Positions 34,063 through 43,940 of a stretch of 64,000 bases of DNA are shown one piece after another. Position 1 is the stretch's first letter. Each line of letters begins with the position of its first letter. The notes below the pieces were generated by a model. The model saw nothing but the letters and a program-made list of their open reading frames with translations. It did not search any database and was not told the origin of the DNA. The position numbers were made by a program, and so were the translations under genes. Origin of the DNA: an uncultured Christensenella sp. (GTDB lineage Bacteria; Bacillota; Clostridia; Christensenellales; UBA1750). Location: contig CAJJNQ010000004.1 in NCBI GenBank assembly GCA_905193155.1, forward strand, positions 3,628-67,627, written 5' to 3'.

Positions 34063-36207
34063 ATGCCCAATATTCCCGCTTCCGACAAGACAAAGAACCG
34101 CATCGGGTGGCTCTTTTGTCTTGTTATTGTTTGTTTTCTGGTCATGGTAGGACGACTTTTCTACATCCAGATCATCGACGGCGCGAATTTGCAGAGCCGG
34201 GCGCTCTCCCAGTGGACGCGCTCGTTCACCGTCACGGCCAAGCGCGGCGAGATCACCGACCGCAACGGCAAGGTGCTGGCGCAGTCGGCCAGCGCCGTGA
34301 CCATCACCGCCGCCCCGGCGGACGTCGTCGGTGAGGAAACCGAGGATCCGGAAACCAAGCAGGAGCGCATCCGCACCACCGCCCAGAAGCTGGCCGAGGT
34401 GCTGGAGACAGACGAGCAGACGATATATGAGCGCATCACCGATACCTCCAAGAGCAGCGTGCGTCTGGCGCGACAGGTCAAGCTCGAAGTGGGCGACGCC
34501 ATCCGCGCGGCGAATCTGCGCGGCATCGCCGTGACCGAGGATACCGTCCGCGCCTACCCCATGGGGGATTTTCTGACGCAGGTGCTGGGCTTTTGCACGG
34601 CTTCGGGAGAGGGACAGGAAGGGCTGGAAAAGAGCCTGGATAAGGTCTTGAAGGGCACCGACGGCCGCATCGTTTCCGAAATTGATGCGCGTTCCCGCAA
34701 GATGGAAACCGGCGAGGAGGAATACATCGTCCCCAAAAACGGCTACACCGTGCAGCTGACCGTTGATTACATCATTCAGGCCATCATGGAAAAGGTCGCG
34801 GATCAGGCGCTGGAGGCCAACGGCGCGGTGAGCGTGCAGGCCGTGATGATGAACGTCAAGACCGGCGAGATCCTCGGCATGGTCAACCGCCCCGGCTTTG
34901 ACCTCAACAGCCCGCCGCGCGACGATCTTTCACAGCTATCCGCACTCATCCGCAATTCCTGCGTGCAGGACGCTTATGAGCCGGGCTCCACGTTCAAGAT
35001 CCTCACCACCGCCCTCGCGCTGGAAAACGGCGTGACGAATATGGACGATACCTTCTATTGCAAGGGCTACGAAATGGTGGACGGCGACAAGATCTCCTGC
35101 TGGCGCACCGGAAATCCGCACGGCTCCGAAACGCTGATGGAGGCCGTGGCCAATTCCTGCAACCCGGTGTTCATCAACCTCGCCCTGCGTATGGGGATCG
35201 ACACCTTTTACGACGGGCTGCATGCCTTCGGCATCGGCATGGACGTGCCCATCGACCTGCCCGGCGCAAGTTCAGGGCAGATGATCGCCTATAAATATGT
35301 GAAAAACGTCGATATTGCGCGCATGGCCTTCGGCCAGAGCGTGTCGGTATCGCCTGTGCAGCTGCTGACCGCAGCCGCTGCGGCCGTCAACGGCGGCGAA
35401 CTGCTCAAGCCCCACGTCATCAGTGCCTATCTGGACGATAACGGCGAAGTGGTGCAGAGCTTTGAAAAGGAAGTCGTCGGCGCGCCGATTTCGGAAGAGA
35501 CCTCCGCTGCTATGCGTCAGCTGCTCGAAAACGCCGTCGAAAACGGCGGCGGCCGCAACGCCTACATCGCGGGCTACCGCATCGGCGGCAAGACCGGCAC
35601 GGCGCAGAAGTATGTGGACGGCAAGGTTAGCCACGACAAGCACATCTGCTCGTTCCTGGGCTTTGCGCCGATGGACGACCCGGAGATCGGCCTGCTGCTG
35701 ATCGTGGACGAACCGTCCGTCCGCCCCGATTACGGCTCCACCGTCGCCGCGCCCTACGCGCGCATGATTATGGAAGAAACGTTAAAATATATGGGTGTGC
35801 AGCCCGAATATGAAGAGGGCGAGGCGGAAATCGCCGGCAAGACCGTCACCGTGCCGGACGTCACGGGCGTATCTCCCCAGCAGGCCAGCGACACGCTGAC
35901 CGCCGCGGGACTGCGCACCATGGTGGACGGCATCGGCCAGACCATCACCGATCAGCTGCCCGCCGCGGGCGCGGAGGTGCCGGATGGGTCGCTGGTGGTG
36001 GTCTACACCGAAGAGGTCGAGGTGCAGGACGACGGCCTGGTGGATGTGCCGGATTTGACCGGCAAATCCCTCGTGCCCGCCAACCGCGCGCTGCGCGCCG
36101 TGGGGCTGCAAATGAAGATCAGCGGCAGCGGCGTGTGCGTCAGCCAAAGCCCCGCCGCCGGCGAGCGCGTCGCCTCCGGCACCACCGTGACAGTGGAATT
36201 CAATTAG
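34063..36207 (+). CDS. class B penicillin-binding protein (FtsI/SpoVD type) with two C-terminal PASTA domains
   Basis: ATG 34063 follows aaaggag. N-terminal TM, SxxK (STFK), SxN (SCN), KTGT. Two PASTA repeats (VPDVTGVSPQQA.., VPDLTGKSLVPA..). Confidence 0.9.
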   Translation: MPNIPASDKTKNRIGWLFCLVIVCFLVMVGRLFYIQIIDGANLQSRALSQWTRSFTVTAKRGEITDRNGKVLAQSASAVTITAAPADVVGEETEDPETKQERIRTTAQKLAEVLETDEQTIYERITDTSKSSVRLARQVKLEVGDAIRAANLRGIAVTEDTVRAYPMGDFLTQVLGFCTASGEGQEGLEKSLDKVLKGTDGRIVSEIDARSRKMETGEEEYIVPKNGYTVQLTVDYIIQAIMEKVADQALEANGAVSVQAVMMNVKTGEILGMVNRPGFDLNSPPRDDLSQLSALIRNSCVQDAYEPGSTFKILTTALALENGVTNMDDTFYCKGYEMVDGDKISCWRTGNPHGSETLMEAVANSCNPVFINLALRMGIDTFYDGLHAFGIGMDVPIDLPGASSGQMIAYKYVKNVDIARMAFGQSVSVSPVQLLTAAAAAVNGGELLKPHVISAYLDDNGEVVQSFEKEVVGAPISEETSAAMRQLLENAVENGGGRNAYIAGYRIGGKTGTAQKYVDGKVSHDKHICSFLGFAPMDDPEIGLLLIVDEPSVRPDYGSTVAAPYARMIMEETLKYMGVQPEYEEGEAEIAGKTVTVPDVTGVSPQQASDTLTAAGLRTMVDGIGQTITDQLPAAGAEVPDGSLVVVYTEEVEVQDDGLVDVPDLTGKSLVPANRALRAVGLQMKISGSGVCVSQSPAAGERVASGTTVTVEFN

Positions 36208-36266
36208 CGCAATTATGAGAATCTCTCTTATGTGAATATGAATGCAACGAGAAGGAGTGGACTTCA

Positions 36267-37718
36267 TTGAAACTGACTGAGCTTGCAAGGAGCATTCCCG
36301 CGGGAGCGTCCGTTTCGGCGGAAGCCGAAGTGACGGGGCTTGTCTGCGATTCCCGAAAGGTGAAAAAGGGCGACCTTTACTTCTGCCTGCCCGGCCTGCG
36401 CGTGGACGGCCATAACTTTGCCAAGGCCGCAGCGGATGCCGGCGCGGCGGCGCTCGTGGTGGAGCGGAAGCTGCCGGTGGATCTGCCGCAGGTGCTGGTG
36501 GAGGATGCAAGAGCCGCCATGTCCTATATGGCGCAGTGCTTCTACGGCTATCCTGCCGAAAAGATGCACGGCGTGGGCATCACCGGCACCAAGGGAAAGA
36601 CCACGACTTCGTTCCTTGTGCGCGCCATCGCGCGCCATGCGGGGCACAAGGTCGGCCTGATGGGCACGGTCTGCACCTACATCGGCGAAGAGGAGGAGCC
36701 TGCAAGCCTGACCACACCCGATCCCATCGACGTGCAGTCGCTGCTGCGCCGCATGAAGGACGCCGGGTGCGATTTTTATGTCATGGAGGTCTCTGCGCAC
36801 GCGCTCGATCTGCGCAAGCTCGTCGGCATGAAGTTCGATCAGGGCATCTTTACGAACTTCTCGCAGGATCATCTGGATTATTTCGGCACGATGGAAACCT
36901 ATCGCAGGGCGAAGGAAAAGTTCTTCGATCCCTTCTATATCGGCCATGCCGTCGTCAATGCCGACGATGAGGCGGGCAAATACATGCTGGGCCGGGTTCC
37001 CGCCACGACCTACGGCGTTTCCGCCCCTGCGGATGCCTACGCCAACGAGATTGAAATCCTCGAAAGCGGCGTGAGTTACCGCCTGCACTGGAAGGATGTC
37101 GTGCTGCCGCTGCACCTGCACATCTCCGGCATTTTCAACGTCTACAACAGCATGGCCGCCGCGGTGGCCTGCCTGGAGATGGGCATTTCGCCCGAGGACG
37201 TCAAAGCGGGGCTGGAGAGCGTCACGGTGGTGCCCGGCCGCATCGAGCCGCTGCCCACCCACACGCCCTACCGCGTGATCCTCGACTATGCCCACAGCCC
37301 CGCCTCGCTGGAGAGCATCCTCAAGACCATTCGCCAGTTCACGCGCGGAAGGCTCATCTGCGTCTTCGGCTGCGGCGGCGGAAGGGACAAGGAAAAGCGT
37401 CCCATCATGGGCGAGATCAGCGGGCGGCTGGCGGATTTCTCCGTCCTGACGAGCGATAATCCACGCCTGGAGGATCCGATGGACATCCTGCGCGCCATTG
37501 AAGAGGGCATCAAGCGCACCACAGGCCCTTATGTCGTGATCGAGAACCGCCGCGAAGCCATCCGCTATGCGATGCAGATGGGGCAGCCCGGAGACGTGAT
37601 CGTGCTGGCGGGCAAGGGACACGAGACCTATCAGGACATCGGCGGGCAGAAGCATCCCTTCGATGAAAAGGTGGTCGTGCGCGAAATCCTTGCCGAAATG
37701 GACGAGGGCCGCGAATAA
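36267..37718 (+). CDS. murE: UDP-N-acetylmuramoyl-L-alanyl-D-glutamate--2,6-diaminopimelate ligase
   Basis: GITGTKGKTT, the DNPR motif (SDNPRLEDP) typical of DAP-adding MurE. TTG start with gaaggag RBS. Confidence 0.9.
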   Translation: MKLTELARSIPAGASVSAEAEVTGLVCDSRKVKKGDLYFCLPGLRVDGHNFAKAAADAGAAALVVERKLPVDLPQVLVEDARAAMSYMAQCFYGYPAEKMHGVGITGTKGKTTTSFLVRAIARHAGHKVGLMGTVCTYIGEEEEPASLTTPDPIDVQSLLRRMKDAGCDFYVMEVSAHALDLRKLVGMKFDQGIFTNFSQDHLDYFGTMETYRRAKEKFFDPFYIGHAVVNADDEAGKYMLGRVPATTYGVSAPADAYANEIEILESGVSYRLHWKDVVLPLHLHISGIFNVYNSMAAAVACLEMGISPEDVKAGLESVTVVPGRIEPLPTHTPYRVILDYAHSPASLESILKTIRQFTRGRLICVFGCGGGRDKEKRPIMGEISGRLADFSVLTSDNPRLEDPMDILRAIEEGIKRTTGPYVVIENRREAIRYAMQMGQPGDVIVLAGKGHETYQDIGGQKHPFDEKVVVREILAEMDEGRE

Positions 37719-37757
37719 GTCTATCCAAACTTTCAAATACAAAGGAAGAAAACAACC

Positions 37758-38750
37758 ATGCAAAGTATGCTCTTTGCCCTGCTGGTCGCCTTTGCCGCGG
37801 TGCTGGCCATGGGCCCGTTCGTCATCCCCATGCTGCGCAGGCTCAATTTCAGCGCCACCGAGCGCAGCTACGGCCTGGTTTCCCACAACAAAAAGTCCGG
37901 CACGCCCTTGATGGGTGGGGTGATGATCATGCTCGCGCTGGGTGTGGTCGCGCTGGTGTTCTCCCCGGCGGAGACCCGCTGGAGCCTGATGCTGCCCGCC
38001 GTGCTGTTCACGCTGGGCTTCAGCCTCACCGGCTTTGCGGACGACTTCATCAAGGTCGTGCTGCACCGCCCGGAGGGTCTTTCCTTCTGGCAGAAGATCC
38101 TGCTTCAGCTCGCACTGAGCATCGGCGCAGCGTTCTTCTGCTATAAGAGCCCGTATATCGGCTCGGCCATCTACGTGCCCTTTACGCACATCCAGTGGGA
38201 TCTGGGCGTGTGGTATATCCCCTTTGCCGCGTTTGTGATCCTGGCTACCACCAACTCCGTCAACCTCATCGACGGCGTGGACGGCCTGAGCTCTTCCGTC
38301 ACGACTGTGGTCATGGTCACGCTGGGGCTGATTGCGCTGTTTATGAACAATGCGGGGCTGGACCCGGAGGCCACATCGGTGGTGATGGTGCTGGCGCTGG
38401 CTACCGCGGGCGCGTGCATGGGTTTCCTGCGCTTCAACACGTATCCGGCGCGCGTGTTCATGGGCGATACCGGCTCTTTTGCGCTGGGCGGGGCGTATGT
38501 CATGGCCTCGCTGGTGCTGCGCCAGCCGCTGCTGATCGTGCTGATGGGCTTTATGTATGTGCTCACCAGCGTCTCGGACATCATTCAGGTGTTCTCGGTC
38601 ATGTTCCTGCACAAGCGCGTGTTCCGCATGGCGCCGCTGCATCATCACTTTGAGATGGGCGGCATGCCGGAGACCCGCATCGTGGCGATGTATACGCTGG
38701 TGACGGCGATCCTCTGCGTGGTCGCGCTGCTGTCGCTGACCATCGGCTAA
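37758..38750 (+). CDS. mraY: phospho-N-acetylmuramoyl-pentapeptide transferase
   Basis: NSVNLIDGVDGL, FMGDTGSFALGG, APLHHHFE. Confidence 0.95.
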   Translation: MQSMLFALLVAFAAVLAMGPFVIPMLRRLNFSATERSYGLVSHNKKSGTPLMGGVMIMLALGVVALVFSPAETRWSLMLPAVLFTLGFSLTGFADDFIKVVLHRPEGLSFWQKILLQLALSIGAAFFCYKSPYIGSAIYVPFTHIQWDLGVWYIPFAAFVILATTNSVNLIDGVDGLSSSVTTVVMVTLGLIALFMNNAGLDPEATSVVMVLALATAGACMGFLRFNTYPARVFMGDTGSFALGGAYVMASLVLRQPLLIVLMGFMYVLTSVSDIIQVFSVMFLHKRVFRMAPLHHHFEMGGMPETRIVAMYTLVTAILCVVALLSLTIG

Positions 38751-38790
38751 ACAAAAAACTCTATCCGAAAGAATTGGGCGGTGAATCATC

Positions 38791-40149
38791 ATGGATTTTG
38801 AAGGGAAAAAGATATTGGTCTGCGGCATGGCGCGCTCGGGCGTGGCCGCGGCGCAATGCCTGTATGAGCAGGGCGCGCGCGTGAGCATTTCGGACAGCAA
38901 AACGGAGGAAAAGCTTCAGGACGTGCTGGCTCCGCTGGACAAGCTGGACATCCGCAGGTGCCTGGGCGATACGGCCATCCCGCAGGATCTGAAAAGCTAC
39001 GATCTGGTCGTGACCAGCCCCGGCATTCCGCTGACCGCGCCGATTCTCAAGGCGGCCAAGGAAGCGGGCGTGCCCATTATCGGCGAACTGGAGGCGGGGG
39101 CGCAGGTTTCCCGCGCGCCGCTTTACGCCATCACCGGCACCAACGGCAAGACCACCACCACGACCCTGATCGGCGAAATCTTCAAGAATTTCGGCAAGAC
39201 CGCCTATGTCGTGGGCAACATCGGCTATCCCTTCACCGCGTGCGCCGCCAAGGCCACGGCGGAGGATGTGGCGGTGGCGGAGGTCTCCTCCTTCCAGCTG
39301 GAAACCATTGATACCTTCCATCCCCATGTCGCCGTCATGTGCAACATCACCGAGGATCACCTGAACCGCCACGGCACCATGGAAGAATACATCCGCATCA
39401 AGGAGCGTATTTTTGAAAACATGGGCAAGGACGATTGGGCCGTGCTGAACTACGACGATGAAATCGTCCGCGGCATGGCGCAGCGCGTGCACTGCAATGT
39501 CGCCTATTTCTCCCGCAAGCAGATGGTGGAAAACGGCGCGTGCGTTGAAAACGGCGAGGTAATCTTCGTGCTGGACGGCAAAAAGAAGCGCGTGATTCCT
39601 ACGGAGGAAATCTATATCCCCGGCAATCACAACTTAGAAAACGCATTGGCTGCCACGGCGCTGACCATGCTGGCGGGCGTGCCCGCGAACATCGTCCGCC
39701 ACACGCTCAAGACCTTCAAGGGCGTGGAGCACCGCATCGAGACCGTCCGCACCGTGGACGGCGTGACCTACATCAACGACTCCAAGGGCACCAATGTGGA
39801 CGCCTCCGTGCAGGCCGTGCGCGCCATGAAGGCGGGCACCGTGCTGCTGGCGGGCGGATATGATAAGCACTGCGATTTCCTGCCCTTCGCAAAGGAGATC
39901 AAGGACAGCAAAATCCATACCGTCGTGGTGCTGGGCGATACCGCCGACCAGATCGAAAAGGCGCTGCGGGAAGTCGGCTTTGAAAGCATCCTGCGCGCGG
40001 GCAGCTTTGAGGAGGCCGTGATGCTGGCGCGCTCCTGCGCCAAGCCCGGCGAAAACGTGCTGCTCTCGCCCGCGTGCGCCAGCTTCGATATGTTCAGCGA
40101 TTATGAGCAGCGCGGCCGCGTCTTTAAGGAGATCGTGGGCCGCCTGTAA
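38791..40149 (+). CDS. murD: UDP-N-acetylmuramoylalanine--D-glutamate ligase
   Basis: ITGTNGKTTTT, GVEHRIE, NDSKGTN. Confidence 0.95.
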   Translation: MDFEGKKILVCGMARSGVAAAQCLYEQGARVSISDSKTEEKLQDVLAPLDKLDIRRCLGDTAIPQDLKSYDLVVTSPGIPLTAPILKAAKEAGVPIIGELEAGAQVSRAPLYAITGTNGKTTTTTLIGEIFKNFGKTAYVVGNIGYPFTACAAKATAEDVAVAEVSSFQLETIDTFHPHVAVMCNITEDHLNRHGTMEEYIRIKERIFENMGKDDWAVLNYDDEIVRGMAQRVHCNVAYFSRKQMVENGACVENGEVIFVLDGKKKRVIPTEEIYIPGNHNLENALAATALTMLAGVPANIVRHTLKTFKGVEHRIETVRTVDGVTYINDSKGTNVDASVQAVRAMKAGTVLLAGGYDKHCDFLPFAKEIKDSKIHTVVVLGDTADQIEKALREVGFESILRAGSFEEAVMLARSCAKPGENVLLSPACASFDMFSDYEQRGRVFKEIVGRL

Positions 40150-40182
40150 GCATGGATTCGGAAGAGAAGGGAAGTGGGAACG

Positions 40183-41538
40183 ATGAGCCGCTATGACGAA
40201 CCCATGGACAGAGAGACGCGCAAGCGACGCCGTCAGGCAGAGGATCGACGTTCCCACATCAACGACCCCGCGCCCAAGCGTTGGACGTTGGCGAACATGT
40301 GGGTCTGGCACAAGCACCTGCCCGTTGACTGGGGCGTGGTGGTCTGCACCATCATCCTGACGCTGGTCGGGTCGCTGATGGTGCTTTCCGCTTCGTCCTA
40401 TGCCATGGGCGTTTCGGGCGACGGCGATGCGATGAGCGAATTCAACACCCAGGTGCAGGGCATGATTCTGGGCGGCATTGGCTTCTTTTTCGCCGCGAAT
40501 CTGGATTACCGCTGGCTCAACCAGCGCTGGATCGTCAAAACGCTCTGCTTTGCGTCCTTCATCATGCTGGCGCTGGTCGTGCTGCTGCCCAGAGCGGCGA
40601 AGATCATTCCGGCTGTCAACAGCGGCGCACTGTTCATCCGCTCGCCGTATCTGAACGACGCCTACCGCTGGCTGCGCATCGGCACAAAAAGTGCGTATAT
40701 TTCCATCCAGCCCTCGGAGATCCTGAAGGTCGCCGTGGTGTTGTATCTGGCCTACTACATGAACATGCGGCAAAACAGCATGCACCTGTTCTGGAAGAAC
40801 AATTTCGGCTGTCTGCTGGTCGTGGGCGTGCTGGATGTGCTGCTGCTGGCGCAGCCCAACCTTTCCACCGCGTCGCTGATCGCCATTGTGACGCTGGTGA
40901 TGATGATGGCCGGCGGCATGAAGCCCTCGACGATTGCGATTCTGCTGGTGATCGCGGTGGCGGGATTCTATGTTCTGGCGCGCTATGTCATCGAGGATCG
41001 CTGGATCCGCATCACATCGTTTCTGAACCCCTGGGCGGAAGGGGTGAGCGATAAGGCGGGCTATCAGCTGGTGCAGAGCTATTACGCGCTGGGCAACGGT
41101 GGCTGGTTCGGCACGGGGCTGGGACTTTCCAAGCAGAAACATCTGTTTTTGCCCTATGCCTATTCCGACTTCATCTTCGCGGTCGTGGGCGAGGAACTGG
41201 GCTTTGTCGGCGGCGTGACGATCCTGAGCGTGTTTTTGACGCTGATCTATTTCGGTCTGCGCATCGCCGTCAACGCAGTGGACCGCTTTGGGACCTATCT
41301 TGCGCTGGGCACGACCTCGCTGATCGCCGTGCAGGTGATCTTTAACGTGCTGGTCGTGACGGGCTTTGCCCCGACCACCGGCATCCCGCTGCCGTTTTTT
41401 ACCTCCGGCGGCACCACGATGGCCATTTTCCTGACCACCATGGGGCTGTTGGTTTCGGTCTCGCGGCGCTCTGCGGCGCTGCGCGAACAGCTCCTGCCGC
41501 CTGCGCTGCACCGCCTGCGGGAAAAAAACGCGGCCTGA
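40183..41538 (+). CDS. ftsW: SEDS-family peptidoglycan glycosyltransferase FtsW/SpoVE
   Basis: Ten-TM SEDS architecture, QPSEILKV, SDFIFAVVGEELGF, PTTGIPLPFFTSGGT. Start ATG 40183 (alternative GTG 40174). Confidence 0.9.
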   Translation: MSRYDEPMDRETRKRRRQAEDRRSHINDPAPKRWTLANMWVWHKHLPVDWGVVVCTIILTLVGSLMVLSASSYAMGVSGDGDAMSEFNTQVQGMILGGIGFFFAANLDYRWLNQRWIVKTLCFASFIMLALVVLLPRAAKIIPAVNSGALFIRSPYLNDAYRWLRIGTKSAYISIQPSEILKVAVVLYLAYYMNMRQNSMHLFWKNNFGCLLVVGVLDVLLLAQPNLSTASLIAIVTLVMMMAGGMKPSTIAILLVIAVAGFYVLARYVIEDRWIRITSFLNPWAEGVSDKAGYQLVQSYYALGNGGWFGTGLGLSKQKHLFLPYAYSDFIFAVVGEELGFVGGVTILSVFLTLIYFGLRIAVNAVDRFGTYLALGTTSLIAVQVIFNVLVVTGFAPTTGIPLPFFTSGGTTMAIFLTTMGLLVSVSRRSAALREQLLPPALHRLREKNAA

Positions 41539-41613
41539 GCGCCGCTTTTCCCGGAAATGTGAACCTTTCCGTCTGCTTTGGCATATCCTGCCAGCGTTGA
41601 AGGAGGGGTTGCC

Positions 41614-42879
41614 ATGGAAGCGTATTCCATCGTGGGCGGGGCGCCGCTTTGCGGAGAGGCAGCGGTCTATGGCGCGAAGAACGCCGTGCTGCCGCTGATG
41701 GCGGCGTGTATGCTCGTGCGCGGGCAGATCAAGCTTTCGGGATGTCCGGATCTATCGGATGTGCGCAGTATGAGCCGGGTGCTGGAAAGCTTCGGCTGCA
41801 AGGCGGCGCGCGAAGGACGGGAGCTGATCGTGGATTCCGCCGGCGCGGCCGCGGGCGCCATGCCCGAGACGCTCTCCAAGAAAATGCGCTCCTCGATTTT
41901 TCTGCTGGGACCGGTGCTCGCGCGCTTCGGACAGGCGGATTTCACCTATCCCGGCGGGTGCGAGATCGGGCTTCGGCCCATCGATCTGCATTTGCAGGGC
42001 CTGCGGGCGCTCGGCGCGCAGATTGAGGAAAAGCATGGGCACATCCTGTGCAGCGGCGCGCTGCACGGGGGCGAGGTGCATTTGGATTACCCCTCCGTGG
42101 GCGCAACCGAGAATGTGATGATGGCGGCCTGCGGCGCGGCGGGCGATACTGTAATCCATAACGCCGCAAGGGAGCCGGAGATCGTCGATCTCGGGCGCTT
42201 CCTCAATGCCTGCGGGGCGCGCGTGCGCGGCATGGGCACCGACAGCATCCGCATTTCCGGCCGGGACGCACCGCTGCACGGCTGTACATATGCGCCGCTG
42301 CCCGACCGCATCTGCGCGGGCACGCTGTTGTGCGGCGCGGCAATCACCGGCGGCGACGTCTATGTGCGCGATGCGCGGGAACAGGATTTGTCCGCTCTGC
42401 TGCACAAGCTGCGCGAAACCGGGTGCGAAATACACCTGCCGCAGGGCGGCGGCGTGCGCGCGATTGCACCCAAACGGCTGCGTGCGGTGCGCAGAATCGA
42501 AACCGCGCCGTTTCCCGGCTTTCCCACCGATATGCAGGCGCAGATGAGCGCGGTGCTGACGCGGGCGCGCGGCACGTCGGTCGTGGTGGAAAACGTGTTT
42601 GAAAACCGCATGGGGTATGCTGCGGAACTGTGCCGCATGGGCGCGGACATCCAGATCAGCGGCCGCACGGCGGTGATCCGGGGCGTGAAGGCGCTGGACG
42701 GCGCAAGGGTGTGCGCGCGGGATCTGCGCGGCGGCGCGGCGCTGTGTTTGGCGGCGCTGGCTGCGCAGGGCGAAAGCCTGGTCGAGGGTGTGGAGCTGAT
42801 CGACCGCGGACATGACAAATTGGAGGATACGCTGTTGGCGTTGGGCGGGAGCATCCGCCGCATAACGGAAGAACAATAA
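41614..42879 (+). CDS. murA: UDP-N-acetylglucosamine 1-carboxyvinyltransferase
   Basis: GAKNAVLPL, the catalytic Cys context GGCEIGLRPIDLH, FPGFPTDMQAQ. ATG 41614 follows aggagg. Confidence 0.9.
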   Translation: MEAYSIVGGAPLCGEAAVYGAKNAVLPLMAACMLVRGQIKLSGCPDLSDVRSMSRVLESFGCKAAREGRELIVDSAGAAAGAMPETLSKKMRSSIFLLGPVLARFGQADFTYPGGCEIGLRPIDLHLQGLRALGAQIEEKHGHILCSGALHGGEVHLDYPSVGATENVMMAACGAAGDTVIHNAAREPEIVDLGRFLNACGARVRGMGTDSIRISGRDAPLHGCTYAPLPDRICAGTLLCGAAITGGDVYVRDAREQDLSALLHKLRETGCEIHLPQGGGVRAIAPKRLRAVRRIETAPFPGFPTDMQAQMSAVLTRARGTSVVVENVFENRMGYAAELCRMGADIQISGRTAVIRGVKALDGARVCARDLRGGAALCLAALAAQGESLVEGVELIDRGHDKLEDTLLALGGSIRRITEEQ

Positions 42880-42907
42880 AAAAGCGGACAAAAGGAAGGG
42901 ACAAAGC

Positions 42908-43762
42908 GTGCGCGCAAGAATCTATCTGGTGCTGTTTTTGCTGCTGGTGGTGATCGCGGGCAGCGGATATGCGTGCAGCGAGGCCATGCGCGTGCGCGAG
43001 GTCGTGGTGCTCGGCTGCGAGGTGCACGACCCCGCCGAGGTCGTGGATCTGGCCAGCATCGCCAACGAGGAGAGCGTCTTTGCACTGCGCTTTGACCAAA
43101 TTAAGGAGCGCATCAACGCAAATCCTTATTACGAAGTGGAATCCGTGCGCTATGTCTTTCCGGATAAGCTGCGCATCTCGGTGCACGAGCGCCGCGCCAG
43201 CGCGCTGATTTCCACGCTGGACGGCGTGCTCGTCGTGGATGAGACCGGATTTGTGCTCGAAAAACAGCCGACCATGGGAGACCTTTCGCTGCCTGTGGTC
43301 AGCGGCCTGCGCCTGACGGAGGGAACGAAGGTGGGGGAGACCGTCGTTTCCTCTCAGGAAAGTCAGATCGACGCGATGCACGCCATTTTGACGCAGCTCT
43401 ACGAGCAGAACGCCTCTCAGCTCATTTCCGAAATCAATCTGGACGCGGTGTCCGACCTTTGGATGACCACGGTCAGCGGTTTCGAGGTGCGTCTGGGCAA
43501 CTTTGAGAACATGGATCAAAAGATCCGTTGGCTGCGCGGCGTAGAGCCGGTGTTGGTTTCCGAGGGGTATCAGGGCGGCGTGATCACGGTTTCGACCGGT
43601 AAAAACGCTTCTTATCTGCCCGTCAGCGGCGAAGGCGAGCTCATCGAGCCAAACGCGCAGCCCGATACGGCGGGGGATCCCGATGCGGCAGCCGACCCCG
43701 ACACAACGTCCGATCCCGGTGCGTCGCAGGAGCCGGACGCGACGCCGCAGCCCGAAGAGTGA
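42908..43762 (+). CDS. ftsQ: FtsQ/DivIB-type cell-division protein (POTRA domain)
   Basis: N-terminal TM, then POTRA-like VREVVVLGCEVHDPAEVV. Position before ftsA. Acidic Pro-rich tail. GTG start. Confidence 0.75.
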   Translation: MRARIYLVLFLLLVVIAGSGYACSEAMRVREVVVLGCEVHDPAEVVDLASIANEESVFALRFDQIKERINANPYYEVESVRYVFPDKLRISVHERRASALISTLDGVLVVDETGFVLEKQPTMGDLSLPVVSGLRLTEGTKVGETVVSSQESQIDAMHAILTQLYEQNASQLISEINLDAVSDLWMTTVSGFEVRLGNFENMDQKIRWLRGVEPVLVSEGYQGGVITVSTGKNASYLPVSGEGELIEPNAQPDTAGDPDAAADPDTTSDPGASQEPDATPQPEE

Positions 43763-43940
43763 CTTACGCGGCACGGAAGATGTTTCCAATTCGTAAAGAC
43801 TTGAAAAAACCGCTGCCTTTTTGCGCTCTTTGCGCAGCGCAGACCTTTTCAATGCGGCAAAATTGAAGTATAATAGAAAAATAGAATGGGCAAGTTGTGC
43901 AGACAATATGCCCGTAACCGGTTGGGAGGTAGTACGTAAC

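Noticed and set aside
36264-38900. Very long antisense ORFs: 36264..38900 (878 aa), 47395..50085 (896 aa), 61681..63969 (762 aa), 39634..41511 (625 aa), 53960..55624 (554 aa), 5500..6846 (448 aa) and similar.
   Set aside because: They lie opposite genes with unmistakable family motifs (murE/mraY, the M56 sensor, ftsH, ftsW, the kinase, spoIIE). They are rich in Arg/His/Gly/Ala/Gln as expected for stop-poor antisense frames in GC-rich DNA. They lack RBSs and any recognisable motif.
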